Shown piece after piece: positions 27,418 to 39,596 of a stretch of 64,000 bases of DNA. The notes beneath the pieces are model-generated. The model saw only the letters and a program-made list of their open reading frames with translations. It was not told where the DNA came from and made no database searches. Source of the DNA: Bacillota bacterium (GTDB taxonomy: Bacteria; Bacillota_I; Bacilli_A; RF39; UBA660); assembly GCA_015059425.1 (NCBI GenBank), contig SVAM01000006.1:14017-78016 (forward strand), read 5' to 3'. Made by a program: the position numbers and the translations under genes. Within the stretch, counting starts at the first letter, position 1, and each line of letters starts with the position of its first letter.

Positions 27418-28787
27418 TATTTAATCTCCTCTATCATACTTTTTATTTTATTTTTAATATTGTTTGTTTCTTCAATCGAATAAAGATCATGTAAAATGAC
27501 TACTTTATTTATACCTTCTAAATTTGCTTTACTAGTTGCTTCTATTTCATCTTTAATATATACTATCTTTTCTTTTGGTACTCCGGCCAGTAACATTCTA
27601 ACATAACTATCTAAATATCTAGGTCCGGCAATAATTACTTGTTTAATACTTTCATCATTTAAAAATTCATAATCTGTATCATATTGCCAAGCGATATTTT
27701 CAGTACCTTTATGATCTTCATGTAAATCATCCACTAAAACTATAGCAATTTTACTCCCAGTCGTATTTTTAGCATAATGAAATGCCCTAGAACATGCTAT
27801 AGGATTCATACCTTTAGCTAAATGTGTGACTATATTAATACCTTCATAAAGTTCTTCACTAAATCTTGTTTCAACTATTTTTAATTTCTTTAAACCATTA
27901 TTAATTTTTTGAGCGCTAAGACCTATTTGTTTTAAAAGTGTAATAACTGCTAATACATTATATATATTTATAATATTAGTATTAGGTAAATAATATTTTT
28001 CTTTTTTATCATTATTTTTAACAAGCATATTTTTATTATCAATGTCAATTGTTTCAACTAAAAATTCAGCTTCAAAGTTTTTAAAATCGCAATTTGGACA
28101 TTTAGCTTTTCCAATATGATGATATCTTACATATTCATACTCTAGTTTTGTATTACATTTAGGACAAACTCTAATATCTCTAACTATATTATTACATTCT
28201 AATGTATCACTTTCTAATCTATTAATACTAAAAAGAACTCGTTCATTATTAGGAGCAATATTACTACTAATTAAATCATCAGCATTTACAATTAACTTTG
28301 TATCTTTATGCATATTATTAGTTAAAATATCAGCTATAAATTCTGTGTGTGCATTTCTCATTAATGAATCTCTAAATAAATTAGTGCAGACTAAATAAGT
28401 TGGTTTTAAATATGGGAATACTTTAGGAGCGCTTCTTTCATCAATTTCTAATACTGCTAAATCTTTTTTTGATTTATTAAAAATACTTACTCCATAAATT
28501 AAAGTAGTAGTAATACCATTATTAATATTAGAACCATATTTATTATCAATAAAATCATAATTATTTTCTCTTAAAACATCTTCAATCATATTACAAACAG
28601 TAGTCTTACCATTTGTTCCAGTAACCCCAATAATAGTTTTTGGTTTACTTATTTTTTCCATAAAATTAGAATCTATTGTTAATGCAAATTTTCCTGGAAA
28701 AGATGAAGCATTTCTCCTTAATAATTTTAATAAAACTATACTAAATTTTGCTCCCCACAGAGCTATATAAAATTTTAAAGACTTCAT
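27417..28787 (-). CDS. murT: Lipid II isoglutaminyl synthase MurT (Mur ligase family with Cys4 ribbon and DUF1727)
   Basis: P-loop GVTGTNGKTT, Cys4 CPKC...CPNC, and Mur-ligase central and C-terminal domains. Confidence 0.85.
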   Translation of the reverse strand: MKSLKFYIALWGAKFSIVLLKLLRRNASSFPGKFALTIDSNFMEKISKPKTIIGVTGTNGKTTVCNMIEDVLRENNYDFIDNKYGSNINNGITTTLIYGVSIFNKSKKDLAVLEIDERSAPKVFPYLKPTYLVCTNLFRDSLMRNAHTEFIADILTNNMHKDTKLIVNADDLISSNIAPNNERVLFSINRLESDTLECNNIVRDIRVCPKCNTKLEYEYVRYHHIGKAKCPNCDFKNFEAEFLVETIDIDNKNMLVKNNDKKEKYYLPNTNIINIYNVLAVITLLKQIGLSAQKINNGLKKLKIVETRFSEELYEGINIVTHLAKGMNPIACSRAFHYAKNTTGSKIAIVLVDDLHEDHKGTENIAWQYDTDYEFLNDESIKQVIIAGPRYLDSYVRMLLAGVPKEKIVYIKDEIEATSKANLEGINKVVILHDLYSIEETNNIKNKIKSMIEEIK

Positions 28788-28866
28788 TTTAACATCTCAC
28801 TTTACTTATTAAGTATACCATTATTAAAAAAAATATACAATAAAAAGACTCGCTATAATATACGAG

Positions 28867-29619
28867 TTACCTACTCTTATGTGTTTGGATATTGTATGCA
28901 ATCGTTAACGCAAGTTTATTAGGAGCAAATCTATTTAAAAATAATGCTATTTTCATGAAAAGAGTCGGAACAATAATCATTTTACGTTTAAACAACTTAT
29001 CAATAGCATACTTTGCCACTTTGTAACTATCAGCTTCTCTAATACTAAAAGTTCCATGAGCCACCTTATTAAATTCTGTAGCAACTGGTCCTGGGCATAA
29101 TGCACTTATCACTATATTACTTTTTCTTTTTCTTAGCTCTTCATTTATAGCCATTGTAAGCTTTGTAACATAATTTTTAGTAGCATAATATGTTGATAAT
29201 TTAGGTCCGGCCATAAAACCGGCACTAGAACACACATTTAAAATGTAACCTTTATCCTTTTTAATAAAATCCTTTAAAAATAATTTTGTTAATATATGAT
29301 ATGCTTTGACATTTAAATCAATCATTTTAAGTTCTGTATCTAAGTCAGTTTCATGAAATTCTCCAAATAAACCAAAACCAGCATTATTAATCACAATATC
29401 TATATCTTCATTTTTAACACTTTCATAAAGTTTAAAAACGTTATCTTCTAAAGATAAATCCAGTTTAATAATCTTAGTGTTATTATTTAATTTCTTAGCT
29501 AGTTTATTTAATTTATCTTCCCTTCTAGCTACTAAGATTAAATCATATCCTTCATCTGCAAGTACTCTTGCTAAGTCTCTTCCTATACCAGAAGATGCTC
29601 CTGTAATAAGCGCAAGCAT
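28867..29619 (-). CDS. SDR family oxidoreductase
   Basis: TGASSGIG, NNAG and YxxxK (YYATKNY) motifs. Confidence 0.9.
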   Translation of the reverse strand: MLALITGASSGIGRDLARVLADEGYDLILVARREDKLNKLAKKLNNNTKIIKLDLSLEDNVFKLYESVKNEDIDIVINNAGFGLFGEFHETDLDTELKMIDLNVKAYHILTKLFLKDFIKKDKGYILNVCSSAGFMAGPKLSTYYATKNYVTKLTMAINEELRKRKSNIVISALCPGPVATEFNKVAHGTFSIREADSYKVAKYAIDKLFKRKMIIVPTLFMKIALFLNRFAPNKLALTIAYNIQTHKSR

Positions 29620-29660
29620 AATATCACCTCTTATATATATTTTTTAAAAAAACGAATATA

Positions 29661-31277
29661 TTATACTCGTTTTTCAATAACTCTAAGTAAAGCTGGAAGC
29701 ATTTGTATTTTTCTTGATACTAATTCATCAATATATATTCCTTCTTTAATATTTTCAATATCAAAAGCTTCACTAATTATATCTTCTGCTTTTTTATTAT
29801 AAATAACATAAGAACCATTTTTATAAACATCTGTAATAAATAGTACTACACATAAATAATTTCTACTAATTTCATCTAATTTATCAATATATTCTTCAAT
29901 ATTTCCTTCGATTTCATCAAAATCCATAGTCATAACTTGACTAATTCCTATTTGATGATTACCAACATTATAAGATTTAAAGTCTTGATTTATTAAATCG
30001 CTAGCGTTTAATCCCTTAATACTTGAGGCTGCTTTAAACATCTGATAACTGTATTCTTCAATATTAACTTTTGCTATTTTTGCAAGCTTACTTGCGGCAA
30101 AAATATCGTCTTCAGTTGTAGTTGGAGATTTAAAAACTAGTGTATCAGATAAAATAGCACTAAGCATTAAACCTGCAATATATGAAGGTATACTTACTTT
30201 TCTTTCTACAAACATATTATAAATAATAGTACATGTTGAACCAACTGGCATACTTCTAAAATTAATTGGTACATTAGTACCTATAGCACTTAAATTATGG
30301 TGGTCAATAATTTCGATAATATCCGCTTCATCAAGGCCTATAGCACTTTGACTCATGGAATTATGGTCAACCATAATAACTTTTTGCTTTTCATAATTTT
30401 CTGCATTAGTTACTTTTATTAATCCTAAACATTCATTTTTATTATTAACAACTGGATAGTTAGTATGTCCAACTTTATTAGCTAAACTTAAAAAATCAGT
30501 GCGATAAGATTTATTGTTAATACTTATTGGTTTATAATTAATATTTATAGATTTAATTCTATTACTTAAAATTAATTTGTTTGCAGTTTCATAACTATTA
30601 TATTCAGTCATAATTATATTAACTTGATTTTTTAATGCTTTTTTATGCAATTTCTTAGGCAGTTCATGTTTACCAGTTAAAACAATCAATTTTACTTTAG
30701 AATCAATCGCATATTCAAGTATTTTATATCTATCTCCTACAATTAATATATCATCACTTGTTAAAATAATTTCATCTTGAAATGTTTTACTTTGATATGA
30801 TGCTACTAAAACTTTACCGTTAATCTTATTATCAAATTTAAATAATGATGTTCCCTTTAAGCAATTAATAATATTATCATAACTTGTTTCAACTTTATCT
30901 TTATCACCATTAATTAAATATTTTGCTATTTCTTTTAATGTTACAAAGCCACTTAATTTTTTAAAATCATTAATTAAGGGAATTCCTGTAATATTTAACT
31001 TTTGCATAAAGTTAAAGGCATTTAAAATAGTATCATTTTCATGAATAAATGCCTTTTTATTAAATTTAATATCTTTAATTTGCACTTTAGTATCATTTAA
31101 ATATTCAGGACATTTAACATCAAAGTAATCTAATACAAACTTAGTTTCTAAATTTATATGGCTCAATACTTTAGGAACTGTATTTCTTCCTTCTTCGTTT
31201 AATAAATATGATAAAGCTATACTAGCACAAACACTATCAGTATCAGGATTTCTATGCCCAAAAATAAACGTTTGCAT
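29661..31277 (-). CDS. ppaC: CBS-domain-containing family II (DHH/DHHA2) inorganic pyrophosphatase
   Basis: GHRNPDTDS, CBS pair insertion, VDHNS, and DHHA2 with ILSDT..FKSPTTT. Start moved to ATG at 31277 (MQTFIFGH), which has an AGGAG RBS. Confidence 0.85.
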   Translation of the reverse strand: MQTFIFGHRNPDTDSVCASIALSYLLNEEGRNTVPKVLSHINLETKFVLDYFDVKCPEYLNDTKVQIKDIKFNKKAFIHENDTILNAFNFMQKLNITGIPLINDFKKLSGFVTLKEIAKYLINGDKDKVETSYDNIINCLKGTSLFKFDNKINGKVLVASYQSKTFQDEIILTSDDILIVGDRYKILEYAIDSKVKLIVLTGKHELPKKLHKKALKNQVNIIMTEYNSYETANKLILSNRIKSININYKPISINNKSYRTDFLSLANKVGHTNYPVVNNKNECLGLIKVTNAENYEKQKVIMVDHNSMSQSAIGLDEADIIEIIDHHNLSAIGTNVPINFRSMPVGSTCTIIYNMFVERKVSIPSYIAGLMLSAILSDTLVFKSPTTTEDDIFAASKLAKIAKVNIEEYSYQMFKAASSIKGLNASDLINQDFKSYNVGNHQIGISQVMTMDFDEIEGNIEEYIDKLDEISRNYLCVVLFITDVYKNGSYVIYNKKAEDIISEAFDIENIKEGIYIDELVSRKIQMLPALLRVIEKRV

Positions 31278-31355
31278 TCTATCAACTCCTTTTATAACTA
31301 TCAAAATCATATCATAAAATTTAATAAAATAAAAGAAAAAAAGCATTGCTGCTTT

Positions 31356-32549
31356 TTATTTACCTATTTTACAAATGTAACCTTTATTTTGATAAAAAGA
31401 TTTTAATTCGCCAAAATTTAAAGGTACTATATCATCATCTTCATTATTTAAATCATCATAAGAAATTTCTTTATTTATAGATAAAATCAGGTTATTGTCA
31501 TTATAATTGGGAGCTCCAGTTATATTTTTATATGTAACATCTTCCTTATCTTTATTGTTATCTTTAAAAGTATTATATTCTTCTTGATTATCAAAATGAA
31601 ATTCGTAAGTTCTATTTGTATATTTATTAAACATACTTTCAACAATCCCAAATTTATTAGTTATTTTATAATCTTCAAAGTCTTTAGTACAGATCAAATA
31701 TAGGCTTGGTACATCTTCACTAACAATTAATTCAACTGTAACAACTGTTGTATTCTTTGCTTCATCACTTACTATAATATTTACATGATAAGATTCAGGA
31801 GTCTTTAAATGATTCATAACTTTACTTTCATTTTCAAATTTATAAAAACATTTTTTACTATTATCATTACATTCGGAAATAAATGATTCTGCAGTAATAT
31901 TTCCATTAACGCCGATAGTAACTTTTTTTGTTTTTACTTCTGGTGGTTTAGTATCAATAACTGTTAAAGTACCAGTATAAGATTCATTATTACAAATAAT
32001 TTTATATGTATATTTTGCTCCTAATTTAATGTCTTTTACACTAGAAGTATCTAATGAACAATTATTACTATTAACGTTTTTAAATATAGCATAATCATTT
32101 TTGTTGGTAGATACTTCATCTCCTATTTCTAAACTTACTTCTTTTGTTATAATTGTTGCTTTACTATTTGCATTGTGAAGTAAAAAATACACTATAGAAC
32201 CTACTAAAAATAATGAAATAATAATTATTATTACAAAAAGTGTTTTATTTATCCCTTTTTTTGGTTTATTTTCATTTAAATTTTCAGAAAAATTATCATT
32301 TTTTTCCAATGGTGGAACTATTCCAATGTCATTAAAAATAGGAGTTATATTAAAATTATTTATAGGCTCCGGTATATCATATTCATTAACATAATTAATA
32401 TCTTCTGTATTGTTGTTTATAAATTCATTAGTTTCGTCAATACTATTAAAATCATTGCTATTCTCTAATGGAACAGGAGAGATATTATTATCATGTTCCA
32501 TATTGCCCAAAGGTATAGAATTTAAACTTTCATTATTTTCATTATTCAT
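31356..32549 (-). CDS. Membrane-anchored hypothetical protein with Asn-rich cytoplasmic N-terminus
   Basis: ~100 aa low-complexity N/E/I-rich region, one TM segment (LFVIIIIISLFLVGSIVYFLL), and a ~270 aa external domain. Confidence 0.5.
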   Translation of the reverse strand: MNNENNESLNSIPLGNMEHDNNISPVPLENSNDFNSIDETNEFINNNTEDINYVNEYDIPEPINNFNITPIFNDIGIVPPLEKNDNFSENLNENKPKKGINKTLFVIIIIISLFLVGSIVYFLLHNANSKATIITKEVSLEIGDEVSTNKNDYAIFKNVNSNNCSLDTSSVKDIKLGAKYTYKIICNNESYTGTLTVIDTKPPEVKTKKVTIGVNGNITAESFISECNDNSKKCFYKFENESKVMNHLKTPESYHVNIIVSDEAKNTTVVTVELIVSEDVPSLYLICTKDFEDYKITNKFGIVESMFNKYTNRTYEFHFDNQEEYNTFKDNNKDKEDVTYKNITGAPNYNDNNLILSINKEISYDDLNNEDDDIVPLNFGELKSFYQNKGYICKIGK

Positions 32550-32627
32550 AATAGACAGCCCCTTTATTATATGTTAATTATAACTTAAACACATTTAAAT
32601 TGCAATCCATATAAAAGAGAAATATTT

Positions 32628-33476
32628 CTATTTCTCTACTATATTAAGTTTAGCGGTTTTTTCTAAAGTTAAAACTTCTTCTCTATAGTTTAAAGCTAAA
32701 CCAATTGTAAACATATATGATAACAAATATAACCATAACATTAAGACAACAATGCTTGCTAAATTGCCATAAAAAACATCATATCTAGCAAAATGAGTAG
32801 TATAAAGCGAGAATATATAAGTAACTATTATAAATGTTATAGTTGTAAATATTGCCCCTTTATTTACTTCATGACTTTGTATTTTTTTGTCAGGTGCCAT
32901 TGTATAAATAATTTTGATAAACAAAAATATTATAAACCAGGAAACTGGGCCTTTTAATATACTAATAACTAATGTTATATTTGTAATTACTTTTCTGCTT
33001 ATATCCATTAATTGAAACATTTCAATTAATTTGCTACCAAATAAATTAAATATTATTAAAAATATGAATAATAAAATTATTAATAAAATCATTATTAATG
33101 CTTTTAATCTTCTTTTTATAAAACTAGCATTTTTTATACCATAAATAGTATTACTACTAACTATAACAGATGCAGTTCCATTACTAGCAATTATATAAGC
33201 TATAAATAAAGTTAAGAAGAAATTCACTTCTGCGCTTATAACTATATGATTATTAAAAAGCATATTAGCAAATTCTGCACTAAAAGCTTTTGTAATAAAA
33301 TCACTTAAAAATGTCATGTCCACATTAAATACACTAGCAATATATGCAAGAATTGTTAATGTTGGAACTATTGAAAGAACAAAAGAAAATGCAAGATGTC
33401 CTGGTAGAATTTCCATTTCAGGTTTAGAAATAATCTTTAAAATATTACTAAGTCCTTTTTTTAATTTATCTAACAT
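32628..33476 (-). CDS. YihY/BrkB family membrane protein
   Basis: 6-TM protein. The N-terminal GHLAFSFVLSIVP pattern is typical of the YihY family. Confidence 0.7.
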   Translation of the reverse strand: MLDKLKKGLSNILKIISKPEMEILPGHLAFSFVLSIVPTLTILAYIASVFNVDMTFLSDFITKAFSAEFANMLFNNHIVISAEVNFFLTLFIAYIIASNGTASVIVSSNTIYGIKNASFIKRRLKALIMILLIILLFIFLIIFNLFGSKLIEMFQLMDISRKVITNITLVISILKGPVSWFIIFLFIKIIYTMAPDKKIQSHEVNKGAIFTTITFIIVTYIFSLYTTHFARYDVFYGNLASIVVLMLWLYLLSYMFTIGLALNYREEVLTLEKTAKLNIVEK

Positions 33477-33477
33477 T

Positions 33478-35502
33478 TTATTCTCCCACTTCTTTTTTCT
33501 TTTGCTTTTTCATTTCATCAGTTGCTTCAAGAATTGCATCTTCAACTGTTTTAATGTCGTCTGTAATCATAGAATAACCAAATTCAGCACCATATTCATA
33601 TGGTAATTTTTTAAATTCTTTATTTAATTTATGGATATAATTGGTTACTTGTTTTTGAGTATAACCCACTAAATAAACTAAAAATTCATTACCATCTGTT
33701 CTCATTACATCACTATTATCTAATTGTGTTTTTATTAGTATATTTGCAGCAGCTTGTATTTGTTTATCTCCTTCTTCATAACCTAATGTATCATTTATAA
33801 ACTGGATATTATTTAAATCGATTACTATCATAGTTTGTGGATAAATAGTGTTGTTATTCCAATTATTAATATATTCGTTTAAATAGTTTCTATTTTTTAA
33901 TGAAGTTAATTGATCTATAAACTTAAGTTTATTCTCTTTTTTAATTTTTTTAGCAACTTTTATTTTTTTACTACTTTTATAATATATAGCTATTGCTATT
34001 ATAATAATTACTAATGAAATTAATATATATTTAGCAACAGTAACTAAAACATTTCCAGTTTTAACGGTTAAACTATGATTATACATTCCTTTGTATATCA
34101 TTTCTTGACTGTCTAAAACCATGACATATTTACTAAATAGTTTATAAAAAGCACTATTAGTTTTAGATTTAAAATTGAATGTTACTGAAAGACTATCACT
34201 GTATCTTTCAGTATAATTTGATAAATTACTTCCTGAATATAAATTATATATATTTTTATCTAATACTATTATTACATCTTTTTTATTTAATTTTTTTAGT
34301 TCATTATCATTATCATATGTTTTAATATTTATACCTTTAATAGTTTCAATATATTTAGCAATAAGACTGTCTTTTTCAACATAAACTGTTTTTCCAACTA
34401 AACTAGCAGCAGAATTGATTACCAAATTATTACTGTTTTTGGCAATAATACTATATTTTGCAAGAATATATGAGTCAATTTTGAAATAATTATCTTGTAA
34501 ATTATAATAATTAAAATATAAATCAATATTATTCGCAGATATGGCTTTTTTAAATTTATTTATATTACGATATTTTGTATAATTAAAATCTATATCACTA
34601 AATTTACTAAAATTATTTAAATACATAGCTATTATTCCACCATAATTGCCACTCATTATTACTTCATATGGACTATTATTTACAAAGCCATAATTATAGG
34701 TAATACTTTGCATTGCATCTATTTCAGTTTCGCTTATGTTTAAAACATTTACAAATAAATTAAATTGTTCTCTGTTATAATATTGTTCTAGATTTTCTTT
34801 ATGCCATAATTTATAGAATTTTGTGATAATAGAACTTAATTCTTTATAATTATTATTTTTAGTTATTGTATAATAAATTTTAATATCAGACATGTGATTT
34901 ATAATATAATAATTATTTTTTAAAATTTCATCTAAATAAATATTTAAAGGGACTATAATATATTCAATATCTTTATTTTCATTTAATGCTGTTAATAAAT
35001 CATTTTTGTTATCGTATGAAGTTAAACTAACATTATAGTCAGATATATAATTAGATATATATGATAATTCTTCTTTTATAACCCCTATTTTTTTATTACC
35101 TAAATCATTATAACTAGATATAATTTCATTATTTTTACTTACAAGAACATAATGATCAGTATAAAAAACCTCGTCGTTTTCATTTAATGAATTTTTTAAA
35201 CCCAAAGTAATACCATTAACCATATCTTTATAATTATATGTTACAGGATTAATTTGTAATTTGTATTCTAATTCTAAATCATTTAAAAAATCATAAAACA
35301 CACCAGTACCATTATTACCAAAGATATTTATATTATTAACTACATTTATGTTATATACATTATTTAAATTATTATTAATCCATCTTTTTTCTGATGCTGT
35401 TAATTTATTTTCATCTGTTAGTACATTATACGTAATAAGAGCAGCTATCACAACTGCTAAGATCACAATTATTGTTATTATTACACTTTTTTTATTTTTC
35501 AT
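33478..35502 (-). CDS. Membrane receptor with large extracytoplasmic domain and degenerate GGDEF domain
   Basis: TM segment, then ~470 aa external region, then a second TM segment, then DQLTSLKNRNYL...VIDLNNIQFINDTLGYEEGD...RTDGNEFLV. The GGDEF signature reads DGNEF. Confidence 0.75.
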   Translation of the reverse strand: MKNKKSVIITIIVILAVVIAALITYNVLTDENKLTASEKRWINNNLNNVYNINVVNNINIFGNNGTGVFYDFLNDLELEYKLQINPVTYNYKDMVNGITLGLKNSLNENDEVFYTDHYVLVSKNNEIISSYNDLGNKKIGVIKEELSYISNYISDYNVSLTSYDNKNDLLTALNENKDIEYIIVPLNIYLDEILKNNYYIINHMSDIKIYYTITKNNNYKELSSIITKFYKLWHKENLEQYYNREQFNLFVNVLNISETEIDAMQSITYNYGFVNNSPYEVIMSGNYGGIIAMYLNNFSKFSDIDFNYTKYRNINKFKKAISANNIDLYFNYYNLQDNYFKIDSYILAKYSIIAKNSNNLVINSAASLVGKTVYVEKDSLIAKYIETIKGINIKTYDNDNELKKLNKKDVIIVLDKNIYNLYSGSNLSNYTERYSDSLSVTFNFKSKTNSAFYKLFSKYVMVLDSQEMIYKGMYNHSLTVKTGNVLVTVAKYILISLVIIIIAIAIYYKSSKKIKVAKKIKKENKLKFIDQLTSLKNRNYLNEYINNWNNNTIYPQTMIVIDLNNIQFINDTLGYEEGDKQIQAAANILIKTQLDNSDVMRTDGNEFLVYLVGYTQKQVTNYIHKLNKEFKKLPYEYGAEFGYSMITDDIKTVEDAILEATDEMKKQKKKEVGE

Positions 35503-35508
35503 AAAAAC

Positions 35509-36012
35509 CTACTCTTCTTCTGCCTCTTCTATAACTGTATTATTATTCCATACTATTCCGCCAGTACCATTAACATTATGGGAACCCATAATTTGGAAAC
35601 CATCAGTCTCTTCAGTTGAATCTGCTTTAATTAAAAATTCAATATCATAAAACTTTAAAATATCTTCTTCAAAATAATCTAAAGAAGCTAAAGATTTACT
35701 TTGCGCCTCTACCAAAGAAGTTTTTGTAACAAAATTTATAATTAAATAAATTGTTTTTGTATCTGAAACTCTAATACTAACATTTTCGACTAATTCATCT
35801 TCTTCTAATTTTTCAATTATGTCATTTTTTAATTCTTTAGAAAATGGATGATTTTCAATTCCTTCTAATCTTTCGCCATATTTTGAACTAGAATCTCCTA
35901 CAAAATAAGTTAAGACAACTACTGAAATTGCTATTACACAAGCTGTTAAAATAGCAAATAAAACTAATAAAATACTATTTTCATCCCAAAATTTTTTTAT
36001 TCTTTTCATCAT
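35509..36012 (-). CDS. Membrane-anchored hypothetical protein
   Basis: N-terminal TM anchor followed by a small soluble domain. The gene lies 7 nt upstream of the GGDEF receptor gene. Confidence 0.5.
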   Translation of the reverse strand: MMKRIKKFWDENSILLVLFAILTACVIAISVVVLTYFVGDSSSKYGERLEGIENHPFSKELKNDIIEKLEEDELVENVSIRVSDTKTIYLIINFVTKTSLVEAQSKSLASLDYFEEDILKFYDIEFLIKADSTEETDGFQIMGSHNVNGTGGIVWNNNTVIEEAEEE

Positions 36013-36113
36013 ATCACCTCATATGCTTTAATATTATATCATTATTTGGTAAAACTAGCAATTTATACTTAATTTACTAAACTATACATATAAAAACGTA
36101 AATGTTTTGTATA

Positions 36114-36599
36114 TCATTTACGTTTAATTACATAACTATCTGAATTATATAAATCATTAAATCTATTTAAAAAGTTAATTGACTCCTCTATTAAATCACT
36201 AACACTATCAAACATTTTAGTATTCTCATCAATAACCAATACTTGTTGTGAAGTAATACCTGGATTTATAGTTCTTGTTATACATACACTTTTTGCATTT
36301 TTAATGTTTTCAGAAAAATTATCTTCTAGAATTAATTTTAAACAATTCATTTCTAACAACTTATAAAACTCTTTTAACTCTATTTCAGCTCCTACAACAT
36401 ATCTTATTGTTGCGTGATTTAATAAAATTTCTAAATCCTTATTAATAAAAGGTATATTATATGTGAACTCTACCCAAGAAATACCTTCATTTAAATTATT
36501 ATTATTGAATCTTCTTAATACTTCAAATTGGGAAAATTCTTGCGAAAAGCCACTTATATATCCTAACTTTATTTTAATATTATTTTCTAAATTTGACAT
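36114..36599 (-). CDS. Hypothetical cytoplasmic protein
   Basis: 161-aa ORF with no recognised motif. Confidence 0.45.
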   Translation of the reverse strand: MSNLENNIKIKLGYISGFSQEFSQFEVLRRFNNNNLNEGISWVEFTYNIPFINKDLEILLNHATIRYVVGAEIELKEFYKLLEMNCLKLILEDNFSENIKNAKSVCITRTINPGITSQQVLVIDENTKMFDSVSDLIEESINFLNRFNDLYNSDSYVIKRK

Positions 36600-36654
36600 C
36601 CAAAACCACTCATTTCAAAAGCTATTAAATTATATCATAATTTTAAGTTTCTAA

Positions 36655-39538
<2,884 letters not shown>

Positions 39539-39596
39539 AAAATATCCTCCATTTTTATATTAATATTATAACATTTAATTATTTATTTAACAATTA

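Noticed and set aside
31278-31346. 23-aa N-terminal extension of the pyrophosphatase ORF.
   Set aside because: It is hydrophobic junk with no RBS. The ATG at 31277 has an AGGAG RBS and gives the conserved family II PPase start (..FGHRNPDTDS).
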